Positions 48,327-58,312 of a stretch of DNA of 64,000 bases are shown here, one piece after another. Made by a program: the position numbers and the translations under genes. This DNA comes from an uncultured Acidimicrobiales bacterium. GTDB lineage: Bacteria; Actinomycetota; Acidimicrobiia; Acidimicrobiales; DATKAS01. The first letter of the stretch is position 1; each line of letters begins with the position of its first letter. The notes beneath the pieces are model-generated. The model worked only from the letters and a program-made list of their open reading frames with translations. It did no database searches and was not told the origin of the DNA. The stretch is from NCBI GenBank assembly GCA_963773315.1, contig CAVZAF010000010.1, positions 117,519 to 181,518 of the forward strand. Direction: 5' to 3'.

Positions 48327-48841
48327 ACGGCGACCACCACTTCCGGTGTGGGGCCGGCAGTCGCCACCCGCACCACGTCACGGCCTCCTCCCACCAGGCG
48401 GCCTCGCAGCGCATCGGTCATGTCACCCACGAACAATGCAACGGTCGCCTGGTCAGCGACCAGATCGCTCAGCACATCGACGAACGTCACGTCCGACTCG
48501 GCGCTTCTCGTGCCCACCGGCACCGCGCGCCCGCCCGGCTCACCGCCGACTACCGCGATCGCATGCAGCGCGACCCAGCTCACCCGGCCGTCGTCGTGAC
48601 GCACGGCGACACAGTCCGCCGCGACGCGCCACACCGCCACTCTGTGGCGTCGCCCCGACCGCAACGTGAGCATCGCGGGGGCGCCGCGCTCGGCGAGGTC
48701 GAGCAGGGTGCCCGAAAGTGTCGCGTCGTCACCGGCCGCCTGGCGCAGCCATCCCTCACGGGCTCGCGAGGCTGCTGCCTCCTCTTGTCGCGTGTCGGCC
48801 GCGAAGCGATCCCAGTCCTGCTGGTCCCCCACGTGCCCCAC
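48287..48841 (-). CDS. Hypothetical protein with two Sm/SH3-like beta repeats
   Basis: LTLRSGRRHRVAVWRVAADCVAV..VALHAIAVV and LRGRLVGGGRDVVRV..VAVQAVSEV. Confidence 0.7.
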   Translation of the reverse strand: MGHVGDQQDWDRFAADTRQEEAAASRAREGWLRQAAGDDATLSGTLLDLAERGAPAMLTLRSGRRHRVAVWRVAADCVAVRHDDGRVSWVALHAIAVVGGEPGGRAVPVGTRSAESDVTFVDVLSDLVADQATVALFVGDMTDALRGRLVGGGRDVVRVATAGPTPEVVVAVQAVSEVALVDSG

Positions 48842-48916
48842 CGTAGGGTCCAGCCCGCAGCCGGGCTACCGTCGTTCTCGTGAGCGTCCTGCTCCCAACC
48901 CCCCACTGAGCATTCC

Positions 48917-49867
48917 TTGGCGCGCACGCAGGTTCACATCAACGTCCCCGGCAACCACCTGATGGTGGGCTTGCTCGGCCAGCGCGACGAGCTCCTCCGC
49001 GAGATCGAGAGCGCGTTCCCGCGCGCCGAGATCCACGTGCGGGGCAACGAGATCGCGGTCGACGGCGAAGAGGCCGAGGTCGTCGGCCGGCTCTTCGAGG
49101 AGCTCGTGCTGCTGCTGCAACAGGGTCATCCGATCGACCCCTCGGTCGTGCGCCGCACCGTGGACATGGTGCAAGCCGACGAGCGTCCGAGCGAGGTGCT
49201 GACCACTGAAGTGCTGCGGGGCTCGAAGGGCCGCACGGTGCGCCCGAAGACGAGCGGGCAGAAGCGCTACATCGACGCGATCCGCACGAACGTCATCACG
49301 TTCGTGATCGGGCCGGCGGGCACCGGCAAGAGCTGGCTGGCGGTCGCGATGGCGGTGCAGGCCCTCCAGGCCAAGCAGGTCGGCCGCATCATCCTCACGC
49401 GACCCGCGGTCGAGGCGGGCGAACGGCTGGGGTTCCTGCCCGGTGACCTCATGGCCAAGGTCGACCCCTACCTGCGGCCGCTCTACGACGCGCTCTACGA
49501 CATGGTCGAGCCCGAAGGCGCGCAGCGGCTGCTCGATCGCCAGACCGTCGAGGTCGCGCCGCTGGCGTTCATGCGCGGCCGCACGCTGAACTCGTCGTTC
49601 ATCATCCTCGACGAGGCCCAGAACACATCGCCCGAGCAGATGAAGATGTTCCTCACGCGCATCGGCTTCGGGTCGAAGGTCGTGGTCACGGGCGACGTCA
49701 CCCAGGTCGACGTGCCGGGAGGACGCAGCGGCCTCCTCGGCCTCGAGCAGGTGCTGACCGGCATCGACGGCCTGACCTTCGTCCATCTCACCGGTGCCGA
49801 CGTGGTGCGCCACCGCATCGTGGCCGACATCGTCGCCGCATACGAGCGATCGGACGCGGCTCAGTGA
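48917..49867 (+). CDS. phoH: PhoH family ATPase
   Basis: GPAGTGKS, RPAVEAGERLGFLPG, FMRGRT, DEAQN. Confidence 0.95.
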   Translation: MARTQVHINVPGNHLMVGLLGQRDELLREIESAFPRAEIHVRGNEIAVDGEEAEVVGRLFEELVLLLQQGHPIDPSVVRRTVDMVQADERPSEVLTTEVLRGSKGRTVRPKTSGQKRYIDAIRTNVITFVIGPAGTGKSWLAVAMAVQALQAKQVGRIILTRPAVEAGERLGFLPGDLMAKVDPYLRPLYDALYDMVEPEGAQRLLDRQTVEVAPLAFMRGRTLNSSFIILDEAQNTSPEQMKMFLTRIGFGSKVVVTGDVTQVDVPGGRSGLLGLEQVLTGIDGLTFVHLTGADVVRHRIVADIVAAYERSDAAQ

Positions 49868-50451
49868 CGCTCCCACCTCCACGATCCGACCGGCCCCGGC
49901 GGGTCGGTGGCGACGAGGGCAGGCCCGAGGTGTTCGTCGCCGACGAGCAGAAGGACGTCCCCGTCGACATCGCGCGGTGGAGCGCGCTCGCGGAGGCCGT
50001 GCTCCTGGACGAAGGGGTACGGGGAGCCGCCGAGCTCTCGGTGCTCTTCGTCGACGAGACGTCGATCGCCGAGCTGAACGAGCGGTTCATGGAGCACACC
50101 GGGCCGACCGACGTGCTTGCGTTCCCGATCGATGCCGACGCGGTCTGGGCTGTCCACGACCCGCTTGCGTCGGGTCCCGACCGCGCCGAGCCCGATCTCG
50201 ACGAGATCCCGCTGCTGCTGGGCGACGTGGTCGTGTGCCCGGCGGTGGCGGCTCGCAACGCGCCCGATCACGCCGGCACGATCGACGACGAGCTCGCGCT
50301 CCTCGTCGTACACGGCGTGCTGCACGTGCTCGGGCACGACCACGCCGAGCCCGACGAGGCAGCCCTGATGCGAGCCCGCGAGATCTCGTTGCTCGAGGCA
50401 CACCATTGGGGCGGCCCGGCGCCCGCCGGCTTCCGTCAGGAGCAGTCGTGA
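49864..50451 (+). CDS. ybeY: rRNA maturation endoribonuclease YbeY
   Basis: PTDVLAFP, HGVLHVLGHDH. Confidence 0.95.
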   Translation: MTLPPPRSDRPRRVGGDEGRPEVFVADEQKDVPVDIARWSALAEAVLLDEGVRGAAELSVLFVDETSIAELNERFMEHTGPTDVLAFPIDADAVWAVHDPLASGPDRAEPDLDEIPLLLGDVVVCPAVAARNAPDHAGTIDDELALLVVHGVLHVLGHDHAEPDEAALMRAREISLLEAHHWGGPAPAGFRQEQS

Positions 50452-51749
50452 CACTGGCCGTCGCGTTCGGAACCGGCGACACTGCGATGGTCCTCGTCGT
50501 CGTCGTGCTGATCTCGGTCGCGGGCTACGTCGCGATGGCCGAGACCGCGCTCACGCGCATGAACAAGGTCAAGGCGATGACGCTCGCCGAGGAGCAACCT
50601 CGGCGGGGGAGGGCGTTGCTGCGGCTGATCGGCCATCCCGAGCGCTTCCTCAACCCGCTGCTGCTCGTGCTCCTCGTCTGCCAGCTCGTACAGGCCACGC
50701 TCGTCGGGATCCTGTCCGAGCGGCTCTTCGGCACCATCGGCATCATCATCGCGACCGTCTTCAACGTCGTGATCGTGTTCGTGTTCGTGGAGGCGGCGCC
50801 GAAGACGTGGGCGTTGCAGCATCCCGAGCGGTCGGCGCTGCTCGTCGCCCGGCCGGTCGCGGCGCTCGTGGCCTTTCCGCCGATCCGGATGGTGTCGCGC
50901 GGGCTCATCGGCCTCACGAACGTGATCCTTCCCGGCAAGGGCCTGAAGAAGGGGCCCTTCGTCTCCGAGCAGGAGCTGCTCGCGTTCGCCGACGTCGCCG
51001 TCGAGGAGGACGTGATCGAGCACTCGGAGCGCCAGCTCATCGAGTCGATCATCGAGTTCGGGGACACGGTCGCCCGCGAGGTGATGATCCCGCGGCTCGA
51101 CATGGTCACGGTGCCCGAGGAGATGGCGACCTCCGAGGCGCTCGACGTTGCCATCGAGCACGGGTTCAGCCGGCTGCCGGTGGTCGGCACGACCGTGGAC
51201 GACGTCAAGGGCGTGACGTACGCGAAGGACCTGATGCGGGCTGAGCGCGAGGGTCGCGGACGTGAGCCCGTGAAGACCGTGATGCGGGAGGCGCACTTCA
51301 TCCCAGAGACGAAGGCGGTCGCCGAGCTCATGCGCGAGATGCAGGCCGGCAAGTTCCACATGGCGCTCCTCGTCGACGAGCACGGCGGCATCGCCGGAGT
51401 TGCCACGCTCGAGGACCTGCTCGAGGAGCTGGTCGGCGACATCGTCGACGAGTACGACGTCGAGGACGCCGAGGTCGAAGACCTCGATGACGGCACCAAA
51501 CGTGTACAGGGCAGCCTGCCGATCGACGAGCTGAACGACCTGCTCGAGAGCAACATCCCGCACGACGATTGGGACACGGTCGGGGGCTTCATCCTCGGGG
51601 TGCTCGGCCGAGTGCCCGAGCCCGGCGAGGTCGTGGAGCACAACCAGTGGACCTTCACCGTCGAGGAGGTCGACGGCCGTCGCATCGGCGCCGTACGGGT
51701 CCGCGAGGATCCCGATTGGGAGCCGATCGACGACGACTACGAGTCGTGA
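50448..51749 (+). CDS. Hemolysin/CorC family (CNNM-CBS-CorC) transporter
   Basis: AETAL, REVMIPR, FSRLPV, VDEHGG, TLEDLLEELVG. Confidence 0.92.
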   Translation: MTLAVAFGTGDTAMVLVVVVLISVAGYVAMAETALTRMNKVKAMTLAEEQPRRGRALLRLIGHPERFLNPLLLVLLVCQLVQATLVGILSERLFGTIGIIIATVFNVVIVFVFVEAAPKTWALQHPERSALLVARPVAALVAFPPIRMVSRGLIGLTNVILPGKGLKKGPFVSEQELLAFADVAVEEDVIEHSERQLIESIIEFGDTVAREVMIPRLDMVTVPEEMATSEALDVAIEHGFSRLPVVGTTVDDVKGVTYAKDLMRAEREGRGREPVKTVMREAHFIPETKAVAELMREMQAGKFHMALLVDEHGGIAGVATLEDLLEELVGDIVDEYDVEDAEVEDLDDGTKRVQGSLPIDELNDLLESNIPHDDWDTVGGFILGVLGRVPEPGEVVEHNQWTFTVEEVDGRRIGAVRVREDPDWEPIDDDYES

Positions 51750-52594
51750 GCTTTCAGTCGGGTTTCGTCACGTTCATCGGCCGCCCCAACGTGGGGAAGT
51801 CCACGCTGCTGAACCACATCCTCGGCACGAAGGTCTCGATCGTCTCCGACAAGCCTCAGACGACACGCACCCAGGTGCGCGGCGTGCTCAACCGGGCCGA
51901 TGCGCAGGTCGTGTTCGTCGACACGCCGGGCATCCACAAGCCCGTCACCGCGCTCGGCACGAAGCTCAACGCGACCGCGAACGAGGCGCTCAGCGGAGTC
52001 GACGTGGTCTGCCTCGTCATCGACGCCACGATGCCGTTTGGGCGGGGCGACAAGTTCGTCGCCGCGGGCGTGCCCAACGACGCGGTCGTCGTCGTGAACA
52101 AGGTCGACATCGCCAAGCCGCACGAGGTGCTCGAGCAGCTGCGTAAGGCCGGCGAGCTCGAGCTGAGCGAGTACTTCCCCGTGTCAGCCGCCACCGGCAA
52201 AGGAGTCGACGCGCTCGTCGAGCACCTCGTGACCCGCCTGCCCGAGGGCCCACTGCTCTATCCCGATGACGTCGTCACTGACGTACCCGAGGCGTTCTGG
52301 GTCGCCGAGCTCGTGCGTGAGCAGCTCTTCCGCATCGCGCGCGAGGAGCTGCCGTACTCGATCGCGACTCGGGTGACCGAGTGGGAGGATCCCGGTCCTC
52401 ACATCCGCTGCGAGATCCTCGTCGAGCGCGACTCGCAGAAGGGGATGGTCATCGGCAAGGGCGGCTCGGTGCTGAAAGCGGTCGGCACCGCGGTGCGCGA
52501 GCAGCTGCCGCCGGGTGCGTTCATCGAGCTGTTCGTGAAGGTCGACAAGGACTGGCAGCGGCGCCCGCGGTCGGTCGAGCGCCTGGGCTACTGA
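51746..52594 (+). CDS. era: GTPase Era
   Basis: GRPNVGKST, DTPG, NKVD, KH motif VIGKGG. Confidence 0.97.
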   Translation: MSFQSGFVTFIGRPNVGKSTLLNHILGTKVSIVSDKPQTTRTQVRGVLNRADAQVVFVDTPGIHKPVTALGTKLNATANEALSGVDVVCLVIDATMPFGRGDKFVAAGVPNDAVVVVNKVDIAKPHEVLEQLRKAGELELSEYFPVSAATGKGVDALVEHLVTRLPEGPLLYPDDVVTDVPEAFWVAELVREQLFRIAREELPYSIATRVTEWEDPGPHIRCEILVERDSQKGMVIGKGGSVLKAVGTAVREQLPPGAFIELFVKVDKDWQRRPRSVERLGY

Positions 52595-52606
52595 GCACGC
52601 GGCGCG

Positions 52607-53788
52607 CTATTGCACCCAGCCGAACGCGGTGACGCCGTCGTCGATGTGGATCGGGTCGCCGTCGGGCTTCTCGAGCACGAAGAGTGAATGCTTGTCCCCT
52701 TCGACCATGTAGGCGATGGCGTTCGAACCGGCGACCGCCGGCACCGCGGGGAAGAGCGCGAGGTCGGTGACCGGTGAGGCCGGCTCGGGGTCGCCCGCGC
52801 ACAGGCGGTGGAGCAGCACCTGACCCGTGCCCTCGGCGAACTGCCACGCGTACCAGAGGCACCCCGCGCTGTCGCGCACGCCCCACCGGTAGTCGTCCGG
52901 ATCGGGATCGGGTGCGACGGTCGTCGGCTCGCCACCCGCGAGCGTGAGCGAGTAGAGCCCGGGCTTCGCGAGCGCGAAGCCTCCATCGCCCTCGGGCGGC
53001 AGCGGCAGGTTCGAGTTCACGAAGATCGCCTCGTCGCCGGTGGGTGACACGGCGACGCCTCCGTACGCCGCGGTGGCGGCGACGAGCGTGTGCGTCGTGA
53101 GCGTGTCGAGGTCGAGCAAGCCGATGTCGACAGGGCTGACGTCGTTCGTGCCCGAGACGTACACGAGCGACTTGCTGTCACGGGTCCACGAGTAGCTGCT
53201 CACCCAGATCGTCGGATCGGGTGCCGTCACGATGCCGGTGGACGGGTCGACGGTCTGGAGGTCGCCGCCGTCGAGCCCGATCGTCGTCATGAACGCGAGC
53301 GTGGACGAGTCGGGCGACCACCTCGGGCGGAACGCGGCTGCGGGCTCACCCTCCGACGACGCCGGGTCTTGGGACACGCCGACCGGCACGAGGAGCTTCG
53401 CGTTGCCTCCGTCGGCGTCCGCGATCCAGAGCTCTCCTGCCGTGTCGCTCGCGTCGGCGAGCCGAACGAACGCGACGTGCTGACCGTCGGGCGATGCCGC
53501 GGGCTGGTCGTCGCGCGGCCCGTCGGTGACCGCGGTCGGCTGCTCGCCCGGCACCACGACGAAGATGTGCCCTTCCTTCGCGTAGTAAAGGCGCTCCTGC
53601 ACGGCGGGCGGCGCGGTGGTGTCGGGCGGCGCTGTCGTCGCGGCCCCACTCGTGGTCGCGGTCGTCGCTGCTGCCGTCGTCGCGGCGCCCGCGTTCGAGT
53701 CGTCGCTGCTGCACGCCACCGCGCCGAAGAGCACGGCGAGCGTCCCCACGAGCAAGCCCATGCGGCGCATCGGCAGAGGGTGTCGCAT
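52607..53788 (-). CDS. TolB-like beta-propeller lipoprotein
   Basis: AVAC lipobox, Thr/Ala linker, SPDG/WSPD repeats. Confidence 0.82.
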   Translation of the reverse strand: MRHPLPMRRMGLLVGTLAVLFGAVACSSDDSNAGAATTAAATTATTSGAATTAPPDTTAPPAVQERLYYAKEGHIFVVVPGEQPTAVTDGPRDDQPAASPDGQHVAFVRLADASDTAGELWIADADGGNAKLLVPVGVSQDPASSEGEPAAAFRPRWSPDSSTLAFMTTIGLDGGDLQTVDPSTGIVTAPDPTIWVSSYSWTRDSKSLVYVSGTNDVSPVDIGLLDLDTLTTHTLVAATAAYGGVAVSPTGDEAIFVNSNLPLPPEGDGGFALAKPGLYSLTLAGGEPTTVAPDPDPDDYRWGVRDSAGCLWYAWQFAEGTGQVLLHRLCAGDPEPASPVTDLALFPAVPAVAGSNAIAYMVEGDKHSLFVLEKPDGDPIHIDDGVTAFGWVQ

Positions 53789-53811
53789 CCGGTGAGGGTA
53801 CGGGTCGACGG

Positions 53812-55704
53812 TCAGCGCAACGCGCGCAGGAACGTTTCGGCTTCGTCACGATGACGCGTGCGGCGCATCGGTGGAAGCGCACGCACGAGGTCCCACCGAT
53901 AGCCCGCGTTGGCGAGACGCGAGTCGAGCACGGCGACGACGCCCCGATCGGTCGCGGTGCGGATGAGGCGACCCGTCGCCTGCGCGAGCAGCACGGCCGC
54001 ACGCGGGAGGTCGATCTCCGCGAACGCTCGAGCCCCGGCGCGCTCGCGGCGGGCTTGCAGCAGCGGGTCGTCGGGTCGTGGGAACGGGAGGCGGTCGATC
54101 GTGACGAGCGAGAGGCTCGGCCCCGGGACGTCGATCCCCTGCCAGAAGCCCATCGTCGCGAAGAGGCACGCGGAGTGCTCGTCGGTGAAGCGGGACAGCA
54201 GCCGCGGCTTCGGCAGGTCGCCCTGAGCGAGGATCGTGTACCCGACGCGCTCTCGGAGAGCGGCGGCCGCGGCCTGCATCGCGCGCCACGACGTGAACAG
54301 CGCGAGCGTGCGGCCCTCCGCTGCGTCGATCAGTGCCGCGAGCTCGTCGTGAAGCGCGGCTTCGTAGCCCGGGCGTCGGGGGTCGGGCAGATGCGCCGCG
54401 CAGTAGAGGAGCGCGTGTTCCTCGTAGTCGAAGGGGCTGCCGACGTCGATCGCTTCGGCGGTGTCCGAAGGGGCTCCGAGACGGATCGGCAATGTGCGCG
54501 GCAGCGTCGCGCTCGTGAGCACGACGGTGTGCTGTGGCCAGAGCTCCTGGGCCAGCACCTCCCTCACGTCGATCGGCGCGACTTCGAGCCTCGGCGCATC
54601 CGGCGTGCCCTCCACCCACGCGACCGACGTCGAGGGCACGTCCGCCACGATGTCGACCGCCTCGAACACCGCGAGGACTGCCTTCTGCGCTCGAGCCTTA
54701 CGGGTGAGCACCGACTCCGGCGCGTCGCCGGGCACGCTGCTCACGGCCGCTGAGGCGCGCTCGACGCGGCTGCGGGCAAGCGCGAGCGCGTCGGTGAGAT
54801 CCTCGGGCAAGGGTGAACACAGGCGTTCACCCAGATGGGGGCGGATGGCCTCGGCCCAACGGTCGGCCATGTCGTCGAGCGACGCGACGAGCTCGGGGTC
54901 GACGATCACCGAGCGCAACGCGCGCGCGAGGAACCGGAAGCGGCTCGGTGCGAGTGCGATGCCCGCGGTCGCGGACACGACTTCCTCGAGCTGATGCGCC
55001 TCGTCGATGACGACCAGCTCGTGCTCGGGCAGCAACGTGCCGTGCATCGCGAGGTGCATGCCGTAGAGGTGGGTGTTCACGACCACGACGTCGGCTGCCT
55101 CGCCTCTCGCCCTGGCGTCCTCGGCGAGGCAGTCGTCACCCCTCGGGCATCGGAGCGCGCCGGGGCACTCGTCCCATCCGACCGAGACCGCGCCCCAGGC
55201 GGCGACGCTCGGCTCCCACGCGAGCTCGGCGCGATCACCGGTGTCGGTGTGCTCGGCCCACGCGACCAGTCGGCGCACCTCGTCGCGCAACGAGGCGGGC
55301 GCCGCGTCGACGCCGAGATCGAGCTGCCCGTCCTCGCCGGACTGCACTTCGGCGATGCGCTGCCGGCACACGTAGTTGGAGCGTCCCTTGAGGATGGTCC
55401 ACGAGAAGTCGCGGCCGAGCGTGCGCTCGAGGAAGGGCAGGTCCTTCGTCGCGAGCTGGTCCTGCAGCGCCTTCGTCGCGGTCGCGACGACCGCTTTCTG
55501 CCCCGAGACGATCGCGGGGACGAGATAGGCGAGTGTCTTGCCGGTGCCGGTGCCTGCTTGCACGAAGAGGTGTCGATGCGTCTCGATGGCGTCCGCGACT
55601 GCCTCCGCCATCTCGCGCTGGCCTTCTCGGCGCTCGCCTCCGCCCGGGATGGCAGCCACCACGCGTTCGAGCTCCGGACCCACCGACCCACCCTTTGTAC
55701 CCAC
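53812..55704 (-). CDS. dinG: DinG/YoaA family ATP-dependent helicase
   Basis: AGTGTGKT, KGRSNYVC and Fe-S cysteines, DEAH, GRLIR. Confidence 0.92.
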   Translation of the reverse strand: MGTKGGSVGPELERVVAAIPGGGERREGQREMAEAVADAIETHRHLFVQAGTGTGKTLAYLVPAIVSGQKAVVATATKALQDQLATKDLPFLERTLGRDFSWTILKGRSNYVCRQRIAEVQSGEDGQLDLGVDAAPASLRDEVRRLVAWAEHTDTGDRAELAWEPSVAAWGAVSVGWDECPGALRCPRGDDCLAEDARARGEAADVVVVNTHLYGMHLAMHGTLLPEHELVVIDEAHQLEEVVSATAGIALAPSRFRFLARALRSVIVDPELVASLDDMADRWAEAIRPHLGERLCSPLPEDLTDALALARSRVERASAAVSSVPGDAPESVLTRKARAQKAVLAVFEAVDIVADVPSTSVAWVEGTPDAPRLEVAPIDVREVLAQELWPQHTVVLTSATLPRTLPIRLGAPSDTAEAIDVGSPFDYEEHALLYCAAHLPDPRRPGYEAALHDELAALIDAAEGRTLALFTSWRAMQAAAAALRERVGYTILAQGDLPKPRLLSRFTDEHSACLFATMGFWQGIDVPGPSLSLVTIDRLPFPRPDDPLLQARRERAGARAFAEIDLPRAAVLLAQATGRLIRTATDRGVVAVLDSRLANAGYRWDLVRALPPMRRTRHRDEAETFLRALR

Positions 55705-55715
55705 CGACCCACCCT
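55678..55715. repeat. 17-bp direct repeat x2, G-tract-rich on minus strand
   Basis: ACCCACCGACCCACCCT-TTGT-ACCCACCGACCCACCCT. Confidence 0.9.
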
Positions 55716-55737
55716 AGGGAGGCGATAGGTTCGACTG

Positions 55738-56499
55738 GTGGCTCGCGGTGGTGGTGCGCCGATCACTGGGTCTTCGGGCGCAGGAATCGACGGCATCGAC
55801 CCGAACCGAATCCCGGCCCACATCGCGTGTGTGATGGACGGCAACGGGAGGTGGGCACAGAAGCGAGGCCTGCCCCGCACCGAGGGCCATGCCGCCGGCG
55901 AGGAAGCGCTCTTCGACACGGTCGACGGCGCGCTCGAGCTGGGCGTGAAGTGGCTCACCGTCTACGCGTTCTCGACCGAGAACTGGCGCCGGCCCGTCGA
56001 CGAGGTGCGCTACCTCATGGCGTTCAACGAGTCGATCCTCACTCGCCGCCGCGACGAGCTGCACGAGCGGGGTGTGCGCATCACGTTCGTCGGCCGTCGC
56101 GACTGGAGGGTGCCGCGTCGGTTGGTCAAGCGGATGGACGAAGCTCGCGAGCAGACGAAGGCGAACAAGACGATGACGCTGACGATCGCGTTCAACTACG
56201 GCGGTCGGGCCGAGATCGTCGACGCCGTGCGGGCGCTCGTCGAGGAGGGCGTGAAGCCCGACGACGTCACCGAGAAGGCGATTCGCCGTCACCTCTACGA
56301 CCCCGCGATGCCCGACCCCGACCTCGTCGTGCGCACCTCGGGCGAGTACCGGATCTCGAACTTCTTGCTGTGGGAGCTCGCTTACAGCGAGCTCGTGTTC
56401 ACCGACGTGCTGTGGCCCGACTTCCGGCGCGAGCACCTCTTCGAAGCGGTCCGCGAGTACCAGCGGCGTGATCGTCGCTTCGGCGCGGTCGAGGGCTGA
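55738..56499 (+). CDS. uppS: Polyprenyl diphosphate synthase
   Basis: MDGNGRWA, FSTENWRRP, RTSGEYRISNF. Confidence 0.96.
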   Translation: MARGGGAPITGSSGAGIDGIDPNRIPAHIACVMDGNGRWAQKRGLPRTEGHAAGEEALFDTVDGALELGVKWLTVYAFSTENWRRPVDEVRYLMAFNESILTRRRDELHERGVRITFVGRRDWRVPRRLVKRMDEAREQTKANKTMTLTIAFNYGGRAEIVDAVRALVEEGVKPDDVTEKAIRRHLYDPAMPDPDLVVRTSGEYRISNFLLWELAYSELVFTDVLWPDFRREHLFEAVREYQRRDRRFGAVEG

Positions 56500-56506
56500 G
56501 CGGGTG

Positions 56507-57223
56507 GTGGGCCTCTACCGCGAGCGCGGCATCGTGCTGCGCACCTACAAGCTCGGTGAGGCCGATCGCATCGTGGTGATGATCACCGAGTCGCGCGGCA
56601 AGGTGCGTGCGGTCGCCAAGGGCGTGCGCAAGACCAAGAGCCGCTTTGGCGGACGGCTCGAGCCCACGAGCCACGTCTCGCTCCTTCTCTACGAGGGCCG
56701 CGAGCTCGACATCGTCAGCCAGGTCGAGTCGGTCGACCACTTCCGCCCCATCCGCGAAGACCTCGACCGGCTCGCGCAAGCAGTGACGATGCTCGAGGTC
56801 GTCGACCAGGTCGCGCAAGAGCGCGAGTCGTCCCCGCGGCTCTACCAGATGCTGCTCGGCGCGCTTCGCACGCTCGCGGCAAAGCCATCGGTGGTCGTCG
56901 TGCCCGCGTTCTTCTGGAAGGTGCTCGACCTCGAAGGGCTGCGTCCCGAGCTCGACCACTGCGTCACCTGTGGCAGCGACATCGACCTCGTCGCGTTCGA
57001 CGTCGATCAGGGCGGCGTGCTGTGCCGCACCTGTCGTCGTGGCGTCCCGATCAGCGCGGACGCGCTCGCGCTGATCCGCCGCATCCTCGGCGGAGGGCTT
57101 GCGGCGGCGCTCGACGAGCCCGCGTCGCCGACGACCCATGAGGTCGAGGTGCTTGCCACGCGCAGCCTCGAACATCACCTCGAGCGCCGCATCCGCTCGA
57201 TGACGGTCCTCGACCGCGGCTGA
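56507..57223 (+). CDS. recO: DNA repair protein RecO
   Basis: LGEADRIV, AKGVRKTKSRFGGRLE, CxxC..CxxC. Confidence 0.95.
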   Translation: MGLYRERGIVLRTYKLGEADRIVVMITESRGKVRAVAKGVRKTKSRFGGRLEPTSHVSLLLYEGRELDIVSQVESVDHFRPIREDLDRLAQAVTMLEVVDQVAQERESSPRLYQMLLGALRTLAAKPSVVVVPAFFWKVLDLEGLRPELDHCVTCGSDIDLVAFDVDQGGVLCRTCRRGVPISADALALIRRILGGGLAAALDEPASPTTHEVEVLATRSLEHHLERRIRSMTVLDRG

Positions 57224-57240
57224 CCCCGGCACGCCCACGG

Positions 57241-57283
57241 GATTGATGATTGAACGGACGCATAGTCCTCCCAATCATCAATC
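57241..57283. terminator. Hairpin between convergent genes
   Basis: GATTGATGATTG...CAATCATCAATC perfect 12-bp inverted repeat. Confidence 0.55.
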
Positions 57284-58288
57284 TCGGGCGGTGGATTGGG
57301 GGTACGCGGCGGCGAGGCGTTGCAGCACGGCGGGGTACTGAAGGACGCCCGTCGAGTCGACCCACTGATCGACCGATCCGATGAGGGGAAGGGACCGGAG
57401 CCACGGGTCCTCCACGCGCTCGAGGCATGCCGCGACGAAGCGCGGCGCGAAGATCACGTCGAACGGGCGCCCGTAGAAGGAGCGGCGCTTCGGATCGACT
57501 TCGGCGGTGACGCCGAGCGCGTTGTGCCGGCGGGCGACCGCTTCGCCGGCCCCGACGACGTCGCCTGACTCGAGCAACGGCCCGACCTCGGGCGCGGCGT
57601 CGAGCTCCGCGAACGCAGTGCCGAGCCACTTGCTGTACGGCGCGTGCTTGCGTTCGATGAGGAAGCACAGGCGCACGAGATCTCGCGCGAGCCGTGACGC
57701 GACGATCGACGAGCCCAGGGCGTCGCCGACCTCGAGCGTGCGACCGACAAATGCCTCCTCCTCGCCGATTCGCTGCCACTGGCACACGAGCAACCAGAGC
57801 CACAGGTCGTCCGGGTACCACGCGAGCTCGGCGCGCATCGCGGTCAGCTCGCCGGTGTCGTCGTGGAACACATCACCGGCAACCACGCCGAGGATGAGCT
57901 GTTGGGGGAGCAGGAGCCACTGGAGCGCGGTCGGTCGCGGCCGCGGGTCGCACCCGAGCTGGGACGCCAACCACTTGTCGAGCTCCCACACCTCGACCCA
58001 GTGTCGCGGAGCGACGTCGTCCCATCCGTACTTCGTCGGCCAACCGAGAAAGGAGCTCGGGAGCCCCACGTCGACCGCGCGGCGGACTCGCGCGGTGTCC
58101 GCAGCATCGACGAACAGATGCAGGTGCGGGCCCCACCCGTGATCGGTGCTGCGCTCGGTGTCGTAGCCGAGCACATCCGATCCCCAACCGAGTCGACCGG
58201 CCGCGTGGGACACGTCACCGATCAGAGGCGCGACGACTTCTTCGTAGTAGGCACGCGCGAGGTCGATGCCAGGGACGAAGTCGGGCAC
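57278..58288 (-). CDS. DUF4037 domain (nucleotidyltransferase-like) protein
   Basis: GWGSDVLGYD..STDHGWGP, WYPDDLW, PYSKWLG. Confidence 0.85.
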   Translation of the reverse strand: MPDFVPGIDLARAYYEEVVAPLIGDVSHAAGRLGWGSDVLGYDTERSTDHGWGPHLHLFVDAADTARVRRAVDVGLPSSFLGWPTKYGWDDVAPRHWVEVWELDKWLASQLGCDPRPRPTALQWLLLPQQLILGVVAGDVFHDDTGELTAMRAELAWYPDDLWLWLLVCQWQRIGEEEAFVGRTLEVGDALGSSIVASRLARDLVRLCFLIERKHAPYSKWLGTAFAELDAAPEVGPLLESGDVVGAGEAVARRHNALGVTAEVDPKRRSFYGRPFDVIFAPRFVAACLERVEDPWLRSLPLIGSVDQWVDSTGVLQYPAVLQRLAAAYPQSTARD

Positions 58289-58312
58289 GACGGCGAGCGT
58301 AGATTCGCCTGC

